From NCBI GenBank assembly GCA_030704615.1, contig CM060732.1:7378001-7442000 (forward strand): a DNA stretch of 64,000 bases, written 5' to 3'. Numbering within the stretch: the first letter of the stretch is position 1; each line of letters begins with the position of its first letter. The notes under the pieces are model-generated. The model ran no database searches. It was not told where the DNA came from and saw only the letters and a program-made list of their open reading frames with translations. The position numbers were made by a program, and so were the translations under genes. Below, piece by piece: positions 24,015-36,788 of the stretch. The DNA comes from Takakia lepidozioides. Taxonomy: Eukaryota; Plantae; Bryophyta.

Positions 24015-25740
24015 CTATAATGCCCCTCTACGCGATCCTTGTCTCAAAGGAACCCTATTTCTATCATACACATCCCACTCACGCTGTAATCGGAGGTCCC
24101 AATCATCCCGGGAGAACTCATATGATGCAAATAGTTCGCTGTCAGCCCTAATAGTCCTACTAGCACATGTCATCACAAACATGTGCATCCCCTCACAGTA
24201 TACTGACGTATGACCACAAAAGCTCTCATGCCCATCGCTTCGTTCGTCCCATACTACATTGGTTCTCCTAGGATGACCAAAAGAACTATTGACCAGCCCA
24301 GCAACATTGCCGAAGATGTCGGGGTCATCATCACAAAATCTGATCTCAATGGGAGACAACCCCCGTCTACGTACATCATGTCCGTTGACACACAAAATAT
24401 AGGGTAGGATGTATGGGGCTTCGAGGCGTAATGTACGGAACTCCGCGGAGGTGTAGTATGGACCGTAATAGGGAAACAAGTCCACCATGCTGTTTCTCCG
24501 AGGAGGAACCACAATATCATTGACCGTGAATAAACCCCGACCCATAGCAGGGTCTGTAGCGGCTCTCACAACATACCGTCTCCCCAAATACTCGAACTCC
24601 ACATTTTCTCGGATGGGGGTGGGAGGGTCGAGATGATTCCCCCAACAACGAGGCTGGACGGTCCTCAGTAACATAGTCCTATGCGCTTCCCATCGGAGGC
24701 GAGGATCCGGCTCAGGCCGCCCAAGCCGAAGGGGAGGAAATCTAGGGCGAAGCCGACCCCTCCTAGGGGTTCGGGGGGCACATGCACGTGGAGGTGGAGG
24801 TGGAGGTGGAGGTGGTGGTGGTGGTGGTGGTGGAGGTGAAGGTGGTACTGCTGGCGGAGGAGATGAAAGTGGAGGTGGTTGAGGATGTAATGTCGGAGGT
24901 GCAGCCGGGGGTACAACGTCCGGATCAGGCAAAGAAACAGACGGGGGGGGGGAGAGGCCACAATCAAGGGGACCGCCTGAGGAAACTGGAGAGGGGGCTG
25001 GGGGGGGGGGTGGGCCTGCTCGTTGCCGGCCATAACGCCTACGACACCTACAATACCCCTTGACCCTACGCATCTCATCTACGTGCTGCTTGGGGAACCA
25101 ACTGGTCACATCGGGCACATGCTCTAGCACAAATTCTGCAAGTAGTCCGGCGCGAAATGCCTCCTGTACAATGTGATTGCGAGCTTGGGCATCAAGTTGT
25201 GGCTGCAATGTGCGTAGTGAACGACGCATCAATACTTATGTCGTAATTTTGATTCATGTATGCTTACCAATCATACTATATTATTAGATAAACCTAAATG
25301 TACCTTAAATGAATATTAATGAGAGGGATGGGGAAAACACTCACCTTTGCCACATCCGCAATCTTGTTCTTCTTGTAATGTTTTTCGACAACATGCGGTC
25401 GCCGCCTCGGTGGTCTAGTTCCGCCCGGCGGTATCCGTTCCCAACACTTAGTGCACCAACACTCAATCCTGTCGGGGGGGTCAAAGGTGGACGAGGTTGG
25501 ATGGGGTGGCCCGCGAGGGGGCAACCTGCGGCGCGCCCGACTCAATCCCGGAGTGTCAACATCCTCCGCATCACCTGAAATTTGGCCCCGGTCCCTTCTA
25601 CGATTGTGCCCGACAACCTGTATTGGATCAGGTGCAATGGGTGCCTCCTCGCCACGAAAAATGGTCGCTCTAGGGACACAATCGATATGTGCTACTACCT
25701 CCCCATCCTCGAGGGAGACGGGTCGATGTTTCCTCACCAT
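24015..25740 (-). CDS. SET-domain protein with Pro-rich linker and an N-terminal CxCxxC...H motif; two exons
   Basis: MGRGLFT, FPYYG, GNVAGLVNSS, ASRTIRADSELFASY (SET signature order, ~24110-24590). Upstream exon IECWCTKC...VVEKH ends at a GTGAGT donor (~25344). Confidence 0.7.
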
Positions 25741-26049
25741 CCCATCCTAATTAACACACACCACCAACACTTTCATTTCTCAAAAACCGTTGGCAAAAAA
25801 ACCATATGCCTCAGCCTCGGGGCTTTCAAAATTGGTAACCAAAGGCGGAGCATCCCTATGGTGCAAGAGCCCAAGACAATAAATCCTTCTTCTCGTTCTA
25901 TCTTCAGGATGCTCACACTATGGAAAAATTTGTTGAGACCCAGCGCTTTGCGATTATCAGATTGAACCACATTTTGGGTATGTGAATCCTAATTACACCG
26001 TTTATCCTTTTAACCCCAAGACCCACAACCAAAACCGCCAATCCAAAGC

Positions 26050-26206
26050 CCAGCACCATAAAGAAAAGCAAACACCCTAACCCAGCACCATATGAAAAAA
26101 TAAAAAAATAAAAATAAAACTAAGAAACCCAAAAGGCCCTAAACCCTAAATCCAGAAAGGCCGGCCGTCGCCTCCTGCGACACCCTAGCGTTGCATTGGA
26201 CGACGC

Positions 26207-26253
<47 letters not shown>

Positions 26254-26520
26254 ATAAATAAATAAATAAATAATTTATTTATTTAAATAAATAAATAAAA
26301 TTAAATAAAATTAAATAAAATTAAATAAAATTAAATAAATTTTATATATATATATATATATATATTATAAACTGGGGGTCGCACCCAGCGACGGACAGCC
26401 GTCGCGGGGGGCGACGTGTTTTTTTATTTATGGGGCCAGGGGTCGCAAGAAACGACGGCCAGCCGTCGCCATATTCATTTTTACATTTCAAAAAAGGGTG
26501 GGCGCCGCGCCTTTTTTTCT
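26050..26520 (+). mobile_element. CACTA subterminal fragment homologous to 3865-4150, with an expanded poly-T/AT microsatellite; terminus missing
   Basis: CCATAAAGAAAA.CAAACACCCTA...CTAAGAA.CCC.AAAGGCCCTAAA...GCCGTCGCCTC.TGCGAC is shared with the first CACTA. Confidence 0.75.
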
Positions 26521-27286
26521 TCCCTAAGTGCTTCAAGCATCTCTTTCCGTCTCCGTCTTTTCGTTTGTTATCTAGGAGAGAGGTAGTTCAGAGAGTGGGG
26601 TTTAGGGTGGAGGAGAAACGCACCTGCTGCTGAGCCCGAGGTGATCGTAAGGCCCCAAGGAGTTTGCCCCAACGCCGCTCCGATGCCCAAGGTAAGCACC
26701 GCCTCCTCCCTCACTACCTTGAGGTGATCAAAGACAAGCATTATGCAAAGTAGGTAAGAACAACCTGCCTTGCAACACATTCAGTGAGTGTTCACACCGA
26801 CAGCAGGAAGGACCAGCCTGCAATTAATTACACTTCAAGCCTGCCACCAAGTACACTTCTTGGGCAAGGTAAGCCATATTACAGCTTCACATTTGGCAAA
26901 TGTAAGCACCCCAAAGCATGCATCTTGCAAAGCCTTCTGGGTATGTAAGAACTGTCTGTCATTGTATATATTCAGGACCTGTGCACATAGGACTCTTGCA
27001 TGGAAGAAAGGTCTATCCTGTCACAACATCCAAATCTGGACACACATACACTTTGAGTGTCCAAGACCAAGCCCACTTGGCCAAGATAAATCATACAATG
27101 CAGGAGGTTGTTCAAATGGCAAAATAGAGTAAATAATCATTGGTCAGAGTCCTTTAGAGCTTACAATCACGTATCACAGGAGGCTAATGCCATGTTTTGC
27201 AAATAGAACCTCACTATGCTCCATTCCACAACAAAACCAAGTCTGAAAACGGCCTGTCACTGCCTTATCAGGCTGTCTTCTTTAAC

Positions 27287-28850
27287 AAAACTCAGGTCTC
27301 CTCATCCTTATAGCAAAACAACCATTTATGACTTGTCCCTTACACCATCAATCCTCTTTTAAGGCCAAAAAGAAGGGGAACCAAGTCTAAAAATCCACAG
27401 GCAAAGCTGTCAAAGATTCAAGACAAGGTAGGACTCACATGCAGTGCTGCATGAGACAATCTGCCAGGCCAAAGTGCTCCATCAGCAGCAGCAAAAGATA
27501 AGTCAAAAGCAAGCATTATCATGTCAAACCGGGAGCAAGCAGGCCGAAATCGGGGCTGCAGGCAGCAGCAGTATGTTCCTTTTGCACACATCCTTATCTG
27601 CAAGCTCAAGAGAATTCAAAGTAGGGAGGGATCTTCACCTGGTCCCATCACAAGGTCCCACAAAAACCAATGGGTTAGTGAGGATTGTGGAACCCCAGGT
27701 GAATCACAGACCCCTACACTTGTTATCGATGTCAACTAAGAACCCCAAGAGACAAGAGAGAAAGATATGAAGTAAAAGGAACCCTAATCGCCAAAAACAC
27801 CTTGAGCGATTGGGGAAGGTAACATTGCGCCATCGCCACCAACACGCCACCTCTATCACAGCTAAGGAGAAGCGAAGCATACAAATGCTAGGTCTAAGAA
27901 GGGAGAGGGAGCGATATACTTCCCCACCAAAGCGCCGTTGCGAAACATAAAAGCCAGAGGAGTGAAAGGGATGATGCCATCACAACAGGTTCTCCCGCCT
28001 GTGAGAAGAGACAAGACGCCGCCATTGCGCATCCCCAGGAGCTCGTCCGGCATGAAGCAGCAGACAGGGTAGCAGTAGGGCTCAGACACCATAACTCGCG
28101 AGCTCAGCAGCACGAGGAATGCAGCTGACAGCGGGAGAGACACCCTAGGGCAGAGCCCGATTTTTCATCCGTAGGATGAATAATCAATACCCTTTCTCTT
28201 AAGAACCCGACGGATGTCATCCGTTAGCTAGGTTTAAATAGTAGATTATAGGGTAGGAGTTAGGGTTTCACTCCTTAATTAGCAATAATTAAGGGTAATT
28301 AGAAAAATCTCCATGGCCATCGTAAGCTGCTTTTTGCATCCGGTCCAGATGAAAAAATAAATAGGTTTATTTGTTTGGATGAGGTCCATTAGTAGGATGA
28401 AAAATTAGTATCCATCATCCAGGGCAACAGTTTTTCATCCTAACAGGTAATTCGTCATCCCTTAAGAGAAAGCCTCATCCAGTACGGGAAAAAAGCGTAA
28501 AAGGGGAAATAAAATGAATTCAAATCCTGGTATTTTTCATCCGGCATGGATGGAAAAATTATAGATAGGATGCCAGTGTCATAACCCTTATGGAGGTAAT
28601 TCCTCATTCTCTGGTGACCCATCTGATATAGATGAAAGTCAATAAAAGAGGAATGAAAAATTATAGGTCCTTTTTAAAGGTACTTTAGTGTCCACCCAGG
28701 TGATTCTTCCGGTATGGATAGAAAACCTTTACAAGTTGGGTGAAAACACCTTTTAGAGTCCATCTGGTATAGATGGAAAATCATGAAAATAACACTGATG
28801 CAACCGGCCAGTTCCGAGGAGGGAGATAGAGGGAGAGAGGGGGCAACAAT
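27287..28850. repeat. Left arm of a ~1.55-kb inverted repeat
   Basis: Reverse complement of 34330-35873, continuing at 49089-49120 beyond the Gypsy insertion. Mirrored ORFs 27862-28143/35050-35331 and 27444-27770/35423-35755. Confidence 0.9.
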
Positions 28851-28879
28851 GAAAAAAAATGGGTTGGGGGGGGGGGGAG

Positions 28880-29410
28880 GTCAGATGGTGGGGTCAGCTG
28901 CAGCATATGTCCAACACCAGATATCCTAAGTTAATCGACTCTATATCTTGGAAACAGGACCGCCCACCGATCTGTCAAACAGGCTAAGTCCTGGTAGAAG
29001 ACAGTAGAAGAGATTCTCAAGGACCTGGACCTGGAACCGCAAGTCTTCACCTTGCTGGATAAATCTGACTTAGAGGCTGTAGTGTCCAACCATGACTGTG
29101 GGCAACCTGAAGACATTATTCATTTTCTGATACACTGTCCGGGGTTCTCTCACCAAAGAGACGCTCTCTTCAAATCTATCAAGGGAATTGTGCATGTACC
29201 TCTGTTTACTAACTTTGAAAAAGTCGAGGTTGAGCCAAAAGCCCAGCCCTTCTGAGGCCTAGTTTTTGGGCAACTCACACACAACAGATTGATGCTTGTG
29301 TGAATGGATTTGTAGAGGATATCTGGAAAACCCGGATTAATTCTATATGTGAAGGTAAGTCTTACTACCAACGTCAGCCCCTGACAGAGGTAGGATCTGT
29401 CCCTTTTGTT
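28880..29410 (+). mobile_element. LINE ORF2 3' fragment, internally deleted
   Basis: CGQPEDIIHFLIHCPGF; homologous to 49357-50049 and 31340-31670. Confidence 0.7.
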
Positions 29411-31339
29411 TCCCCAAGAGAGGGGGCAACAAAGAAAAATAGAGAATGTGGGGGGGGGGGAGTGACTGAGCAGACAGCAGCTCGCTCACCCCACCCCCCC
29501 CCCCCCCCCCCCCCCCCCCCACCTTCTTTTCTTTTCTTTGTTGCCCCCTGATGTCTCCCTCTCTCTCCCTCTCTCTCTCCCTCTTAAATCTTGGATTTCA
29601 TCTGGCCTTAACCTTTTGAGGTTATTTAGTTTTTCATCCCTGCCTTTTTTCATCCAAATCTGGATGATTTTATTTGATTATTGGATGATGAAACTTAATA
29701 TACAGAAAGCTAGAATTACCATCTATTTTTTTCATCTAAACTGGATGATCTACATAAATAATGGTTACCTATTAAAAATCCAAGAGAATAATAAAACTAC
29801 CATCATAAATGATGGCAGTTATTAAACCTAAACCTATACCATAACCCTAAAAGATACATTTCTATGGGATGTCATCCAGTGACAAAATGCCTATCTTGGT
29901 AAAATGTGATATTTCATCCATCCTGGATGAAAAATCGGGAAGTTTGCCCTAAGCAGGCCGACACACTTCAAGCACTGAACTCGTGCTTCAGTGAACCTTG
30001 ATGATGCGCCGTATAAACCTGCTCCCCTGCTGCTACATGGTACTCGTGATTGCTGGCTCTTGGGATGCGCACTGGTGGTTAAACAGATTCTTCTATGGCA
30101 GACGACAAAGCCGTGATTGCTCTGATCAGGAACTCATGGTTCTTTATTTTGCAGCGGCGCTTTTACTCCTTGTTGGGAAGTACTCTATCCCTATTTATCT
30201 ACAGATTACTTGTTGCTCTCTCTCGTGTATGAGCCACTCTCTAGCTGTGAACGCTTCTACTCTGATTGCGTTCTGTTGGAGACAATCTGTTGGACGCCAT
30301 GGCGCAGGGCATACCACAAACACTCAAGGTTTTTTGAGTTTACCATTGCTTGAATTGTGATCTGTACTTGCTTTAGAATTCAAAACTGACATGGATAGCA
30401 ACTGTGAAGACCTGCCACTTACCTACTGCATCCTCACTAACACACATCGCTATGTGGTGGTTTTTGGGACGGGCACAGGTGAGGGTCTTTACTTGTCTTG
30501 ATTTCTTGAAGCTTGCAGTTCCTGTTCTTGCAAGTGTGGATACTGCTGCTGCCTAAGCTGCTGATGCCATCTGCTGTTTCAAACTGCCATCATGCCGCTT
30601 CAGACCTGCTCCAAGATTGCTACAATGAGGATCTGCTTCTCTCCTTACCCCTGTTTATGGTTTTTTACAACCACATTTGCATGTGTAGGAGTTTAGCTAT
30701 GAAGGATACAAGGATACAAAATAGCAGTTATTACTTTGACTGCCTTGATACTTGGCTCTGAAATGAGAACTCTTGGTATGACTCTGATGGATCAAAAGGA
30801 TAGGCTTTGATAGATAACACACATTCTTCAAGGCCCTCATATCATTTTGGTTTCATGGCTTGATAACAAACTGGGGTTTCTGAGCTGCTCTTTCACCTTG
30901 GCAGAACTACTTTATGTGGCCTTAAAATACCATTCTAGGCCTATACCTGCTTAAGGGGGCTCTACACTGTTGTTTCTTCTTCATTTTTAAGAATCTTGCT
31001 TATATCTTGGTTCTAAAACATCATCTTCAAAACAAACCTGCAATCTGGTTTTTGAAATGAGTTTAAAATGGATTCTTGAGATGATGATGTGTACTATGGT
31101 GCTTTCATGATATGAATGACCTGGAATCCCACCCTCCCGCCCTGTTTTTTCAGAGACCCTGAAATGTAATTGGGTATTCAAATGAGATTGTAAACATGAA
31201 AGAGAATGTTAGATGGTGCCCTGTAAAGGGCTGTTTTGTCTTTCAATGACAATGACCTTAGCGGTCTTGTCCATGTCTTGACATGACATGTATATCTTCC
31301 CTCTCTTCTGTGCTGCTCTCTTTTAAGCTCCCGACACTC

Positions 31340-31670
31340 TAAATTCAAGGTTAGATGGTGGGTTCAGCTGCAACATATGTCCAACACCAGATATCCTAAG
31401 TTAATCGACTCTATATCCTGGAAACAGGACCGCCCTGTCAAACAGGGTGAGCCCTGGGAGAAGAGAGTAAAAGAGATTCTCAAGGATCTGAATCTGGACC
31501 CGCAAGTCTTGACCTTGTTGGATAAACCTGACTTAGAGAGTGTAGTGTCCAAAGCCATGTCTGTTACCAGAAAATTGTCCGATGAAAATGAAGTTAGGAA
31601 GAAAACTTCCCTGAACCTGTTTCCAGTCTGTGACATGGGGGAAGACATCATGGATGCGCTCAAGGGCTGT
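31340..31670 (+). mobile_element. LINE ORF2 3' fragment
   Basis: MSNTRYPKLI...WEKRVKEIL...KKTSLNLF; homologous to the 28880 and 49357 fragments. Confidence 0.65.
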
Positions 31671-34329
31671 CATCACCTGAACTGTTCATGGCTGCAGAAT
31701 CCATCGTTTGTACTGTGGAATGAAAATCACTTGGAGTGATTTGCAGCAAGGTAGCTTGTACTGCTGGAATCGGAGGAGGTAAAGGGGGCTGGTACCCCAT
31801 TGTCATGAGGTCCTCGCTCCGTTCAGGGATGTGTTTTGTCTCCTTCTGTTATGGCCAAAAAAAATGCGTCAGTATGTCATAAACAGAACTGGAAATAGAA
31901 GGGAGAGTAACTGATAGTGTGTACAGACACCACTCAGTACACTGGTCTAAGGGAAAGAGAGGGAAGATAGTCGAGACATGGACAAGACCAAACAAGGTCT
32001 TTGTCAATTTTTACGACAAATCAGCCTCATAACGAGGCACTATCAATCATTCTCCATTCATAAACCAGTCTGCTAACATACAACAGATCCCATGGTTCAT
32101 GAAATCTCTGGGTGGGGGGGTGGGATTATATAAAAATCCGCATCAGTATATGCTTCATTAAAATGCATGTCTAAACAGGGACCCAATCATGTATCACACG
32201 TTTGGGTATGCTTTCAGATGTAACAAAGCAACTGTTCATAGCAGGGAAAACTTGTTTATCCTGCTAACATCACTCCCCAAGATTACATGAACACTCTGAA
32301 AATGAAGTTCCACTTATTATGTAATCTTATGGCCATATCAAAGCATCATACAGATTGTGAACCATTTACTCATAAGTGGTATGACCTCATACCTTGTTTT
32401 TTTGCTCCAGAACCTGGTTTAGGTCTGGGGCCATTGTATACATTGTGGTAACAAGGTGTTAAGTAGCAAACAATTGTACATATTGCTACTTTACCACTGT
32501 GCAAAGCAAGGAAGCCAGTCTTCAGATTGCTGAATTTCATCACCCATGGTTACATTGTATATCTGCAGATCTTACTAAATGATATGTAAACATGGAATAC
32601 AATCAGAAGATATTGATTATGTTCCATAATCTGGCTTCAGCCAAGTACAACGAGTATATATTCTAGCAAAATGTTTACCATATCACCAAGCATTCATGGA
32701 GGTATAGAGAGATATACAGGGCCTGTACTAGCTTAATCCCCGATGTCTTAAAATCCCTCTAAACATATTGTCTGAGTTCAAAAAGATATTTCAGGTTACT
32801 GTGCTGCTTGGTACATGCCATAGCAGTAAAGCCAGTCTACCCTAGAGCCCGTTTTAGGTTTTGGGGTAATCTGTATCTGCTTCAGCAGGGTACTTGCAAG
32901 GTCACAAACAAGTAAAGAAGGACTGGAATCAAATGGCCTGCATCAGTCATCATACATGGCCTAAAAACAAGAGATTGGTGTTCCCTATGTCCTCTTACTT
33001 GGCTGCCCGATACCCTTCACGCCCAACATCTTACTAGTACTATAAACCAAAAATAAAAGCTCAGGCTGGGCTGTAAACAACAAATCCAGCACCATCATGT
33101 AATGTAGCAAAAATCAAAGGCAAGAGTCATTAATAGAACGTAAGTGTTCTAATAAAAGCTCATCTAATGCATTGATGCTCAACAGAAAGAGCTGGAAGCA
33201 TAGCCAGAAAGATCAAGATAAGGGGGTATTTGAATCAGCTCCCTGAAGAAACAGCTTGAGTCGACTTCACTTCATCTTGCTAGGTTTCAATCAATTGCAA
33301 GCTTCATGATATTAAGTGAGGGCCCTCACCTGGTCCCATCACATGCAATAAAAAAACAATGAAGTTAGTGAAGATGTGGAACCCCAAGTGAATATCAGGC
33401 CTCACGCTTGTTATCGCTATACAACATGCGTTCAAAAGCAAGAAGAGATCAAAAGCAAAGCAAAGATTATCCACAACCTTAAGGGTTTGTGGAAGAGGAT
33501 TTGACATAGCTCCAAGAACTCGGCAATCGACAGCACAAACAAGCAACGGTTTGCTGATTTCTACAAGCATTTTATCAGGTGAAGAGACTTCCTGAAAGTT
33601 TGAGAGCGGCGCTGGATCTTAATGACCATTGAACGGATCGACAAACAATCACTGCTTAGGGTAGATTGTCCGCCAAGGGAAGAGACAACCTCATTGAGGG
33701 AATTGAAGCTCTGCCGCCATTGCATACCCCAAGGGGAATCGAAAAGTATTGGAATCTTACCAGAGCACTTGCAGGCTGCCATAAAGCTTCTCCATAGCCA
33801 TCAAATTTACAAGCTTCGTGTTTAAATGAATTCATTGATACCATCGCTCAGCTCTAGCAGAATCAAAACGCACGCGTATCGTGCAGAGTTTTAGGGCGGA
33901 GGAAGAGATAGGGCAAACCTTTGCGATTTCATCCAAATTAGATGAAAAACAGGTAATGAGATGTAAAAAACTTCCCTGATTTCATCATGATGTCATCTAG
34001 TAAGGATGGCATCCAAAATAGGGTCTGGCTTTCATCAGGGTTAGTTCTCATGACCAAAATCATCCAAAGAACCCGGCTATCAGAGAATATTCTTTAATGG
34101 AATTCATCCATTTTCATGATTACATCCAGTATGGATGAGATTTAAAATATGGTTTAGACAGAAATAGTCCAAGCCTTCCTGGGTTTTGGAAAAAATACAA
34201 GCAAGTTCCTTGTATAGAGGGAGAGGGAGAGAGGGAGAGAGAGGGACTGAGAGAGGGAGTGAGCGGGGGGGGGGGTGACTGAGTAGCAACTGCTCAGTCA
34301 CTCCCCCCCCCCCCCACCTTTTTGTTTTT

Positions 34330-35873
34330 TCCTTGTTGCCCCCTCTCTCCCTCTGTCTCCCTCCTCGGAACTAGCCGGTTGCATCAGTGTTCTTTTCATG
34401 ATCTTCCATCTATACCAGATGGACTCTAAAAGGTGTTTTCACCCGACTTGTAAAGGTTTTCTATCCATACCGGAAGAATCACTTGGGTGGACACTAAAGT
34501 ACCTTTAAAAAGGACCTATAATTTTTCATTCCTCTTTTATTGACTTTCATCTATATCAGATGAGTCACTAGAGAATGAGGAATTCCCTCCATAGGGGTTA
34601 TGACATTGGCATCCTATCTATAATTTTTCCATCCATGCCGGATGAAAAATACCAGGATTTGAATTCGTTTTATTCCCCTTTATGCTTTTTTTTTTCCGTA
34701 CTGGATGAGGCTTTCTCTTAAGGGATGACGAATTACCTGTTAGGATGAAAAACCGCTGCCCTGGATGATGGATACTAATTTTTCATCCTGCTGATGGACC
34801 TCATCCAAACAAATGAACATTTTTTATTTTATTATTTTTTTCATTTGGACCGGATGGAAAAAGGAGCTTATGATGGCCATGGACATTTTTTTAATTACCC
34901 TTAATTATTGCTAATTAAGGAGTGAAACCCTAACTCCTACCCTATAATCTACTGTTTAAACCTAGCTAACGGATGACATCCGTCGGGTTCTTAAGAGAAA
35001 GGGTATTGATTATTCATCCTCCGGATGAAAAATCGGGCTCTGCCCTAGGGTGTCTCTCCCGCTGTCAGCTGCATTCCTCGTGCTGCTAAGCTCGCGAGTT
35101 ATGGCGTCTGTGCTCTGCTGCTACCTTGTGGGCTGCTTCATGCCGGCCGAGCTCCTGGGGATGTGCAATGACGACGTCTTGTCTCTTCTCACAGGTGGGA
35201 GAACCCGCTGTGATGGCATCGTCCCTTTCCCTCCTCTGGCTTTTATGTTTCGCAGCGGCGCTTTGGTGGGGAAGTATATCGCTCCCTCTCCTTTCTTAGA
35301 CCTAGCATTTGTATGCTTCGCTTCTCCTTAGCTGTGCTGGAGGTGGCGTGTTGGTGGCGATGGCGCAGTGTTACCTTCCCCAATCGCTCAAGGTGCTTTT
35401 GGCGATTAGGGTTCCTTTTACTTCATATCTTTCTCTCTTGTTTTTTGGGGTTCTTAGTTGACATCGATAACAAGTGTAGGGGTCTGTGATTCACCTGGGG
35501 TTCCACAATCCTCACTAACCCATTGGTTTTTGTGGGGGCTTGTGATGGGACCAGGTGAGGATCCCTACCTACTTTGAATTCTCTTGAGCTTGCAGATAAT
35601 GATGTGTGCAAAAGGAACATACTGCTGCTGCCTGCAGCCCCGATTTCGGCCCGCTTGCTCCCGGTTTGACATGATAATGCTTGCTTTTGACTTATCTTTT
35701 GCTTCTGCTGATGGAGCACTTTGGCCTGGCAGCTTTGTCTCATGCAGCACTGCATGTAAGTCCTACCTTGTCTTGAATCTTTGACAGCTTTGCCTGTGGA
35801 TTTTTAGACTAGGTTTCCCTTTTTTTGGCCTTAAAAGAGGATTGATGGTGTAAGGGACAAGTCATAAGTGGCT
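34330..35873. repeat. Right arm of the inverted repeat (interrupted by the Gypsy element)
   Basis: Reverse complement of 27320-28850. Confidence 0.9.
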
Positions 35874-36788
35874 TGTTAGAGGACTGTAGGGGACTTAGAC
35901 ACTTATACGGGATCTGTAGGGTACCCTTAATTTTTGCACAGACTGAGACCAACAGGAGCCTTAGGGGTGACAGCAGCGCACTGTAGAGGGGGGTTACACA
36001 GTCAACACAGCCCATCACAGTCGTCACAGCAGACACAGCCCGTCATAGTCATCACAGCCCACACAGCCAACACAGCCCACACAGCCCGTCACAGTCGTCA
36101 CAGCAAACACAGCCCACACAGCCAGTCACAGCCCGACACAGCCAAACACAGCCAGTCACCGCTTGACACAGCTGTCACGATAATAGGGAACGACTGTGGG
36201 GAACAACACCTGTGAAGGGAACATGTTAGTTCACAGACGACGGTTAGAGAGGGAAACGGTTAGAACCGCGGATAGGAGGATAAAGGGAGAAACGGGGAAT
36301 GAAGGAGGATGATTATTCGGAGGAGGACTTCGGAGTCAGGCGGGAGCGGAGATCGGAGGCAAGAGATGGAGAGCACGATGAAGGAGAAAAGAGGATTAGT
36401 AGATGCTTGTTATATGCAAAGCTGTAGTGATATTGGAGAGCAGATTAGAGACATAATGGCTTCGGCCTGATACCTGATAAATCATAATCTGATACATATA
36501 CGATACAATCACACTGTGTAGAGAGATCTGAGAGAAGCTGTGGATTGAATGGATGAGTGAAGGAAACCGATAGATTGATGAAGCAAACTGATACTTAATT
36601 ATCAATGCCAAAGGTAGCTAAGATGAATGCGGAAAGGGAAACGCATAGGAAACACCCCCATGATACACTAGCTGTAGGTCATGACTGATTGTTCTGCGCG
36701 GGCTGAGTACTTAGAGATTTCCAACTCTTCTATCTTGGAGTTTCCGCCTCGGATAGCGAAGGGATGGGTGAGTAAAAGCCGCGCGACA
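35874..36788 (+). repeat. 5' LTR (915 bp) with internal CACAGC-type VNTR
   Basis: TGTTAGAGGA...GCGCGACA; nearly identical to 48091-49083. Confidence 0.95.

Noticed and set aside
26137-26150. Telomere-like CCCTAAACCCTAAA
   Set aside because: Only about two units, inside CACTA subterminal sequence; not a telomeric array.
35934-36215. His/Thr/Gln-rich ORFs in LTRs (also 48120-48522, 58447-58722)
   Set aside because: They are translations of the CACAGC VNTR.
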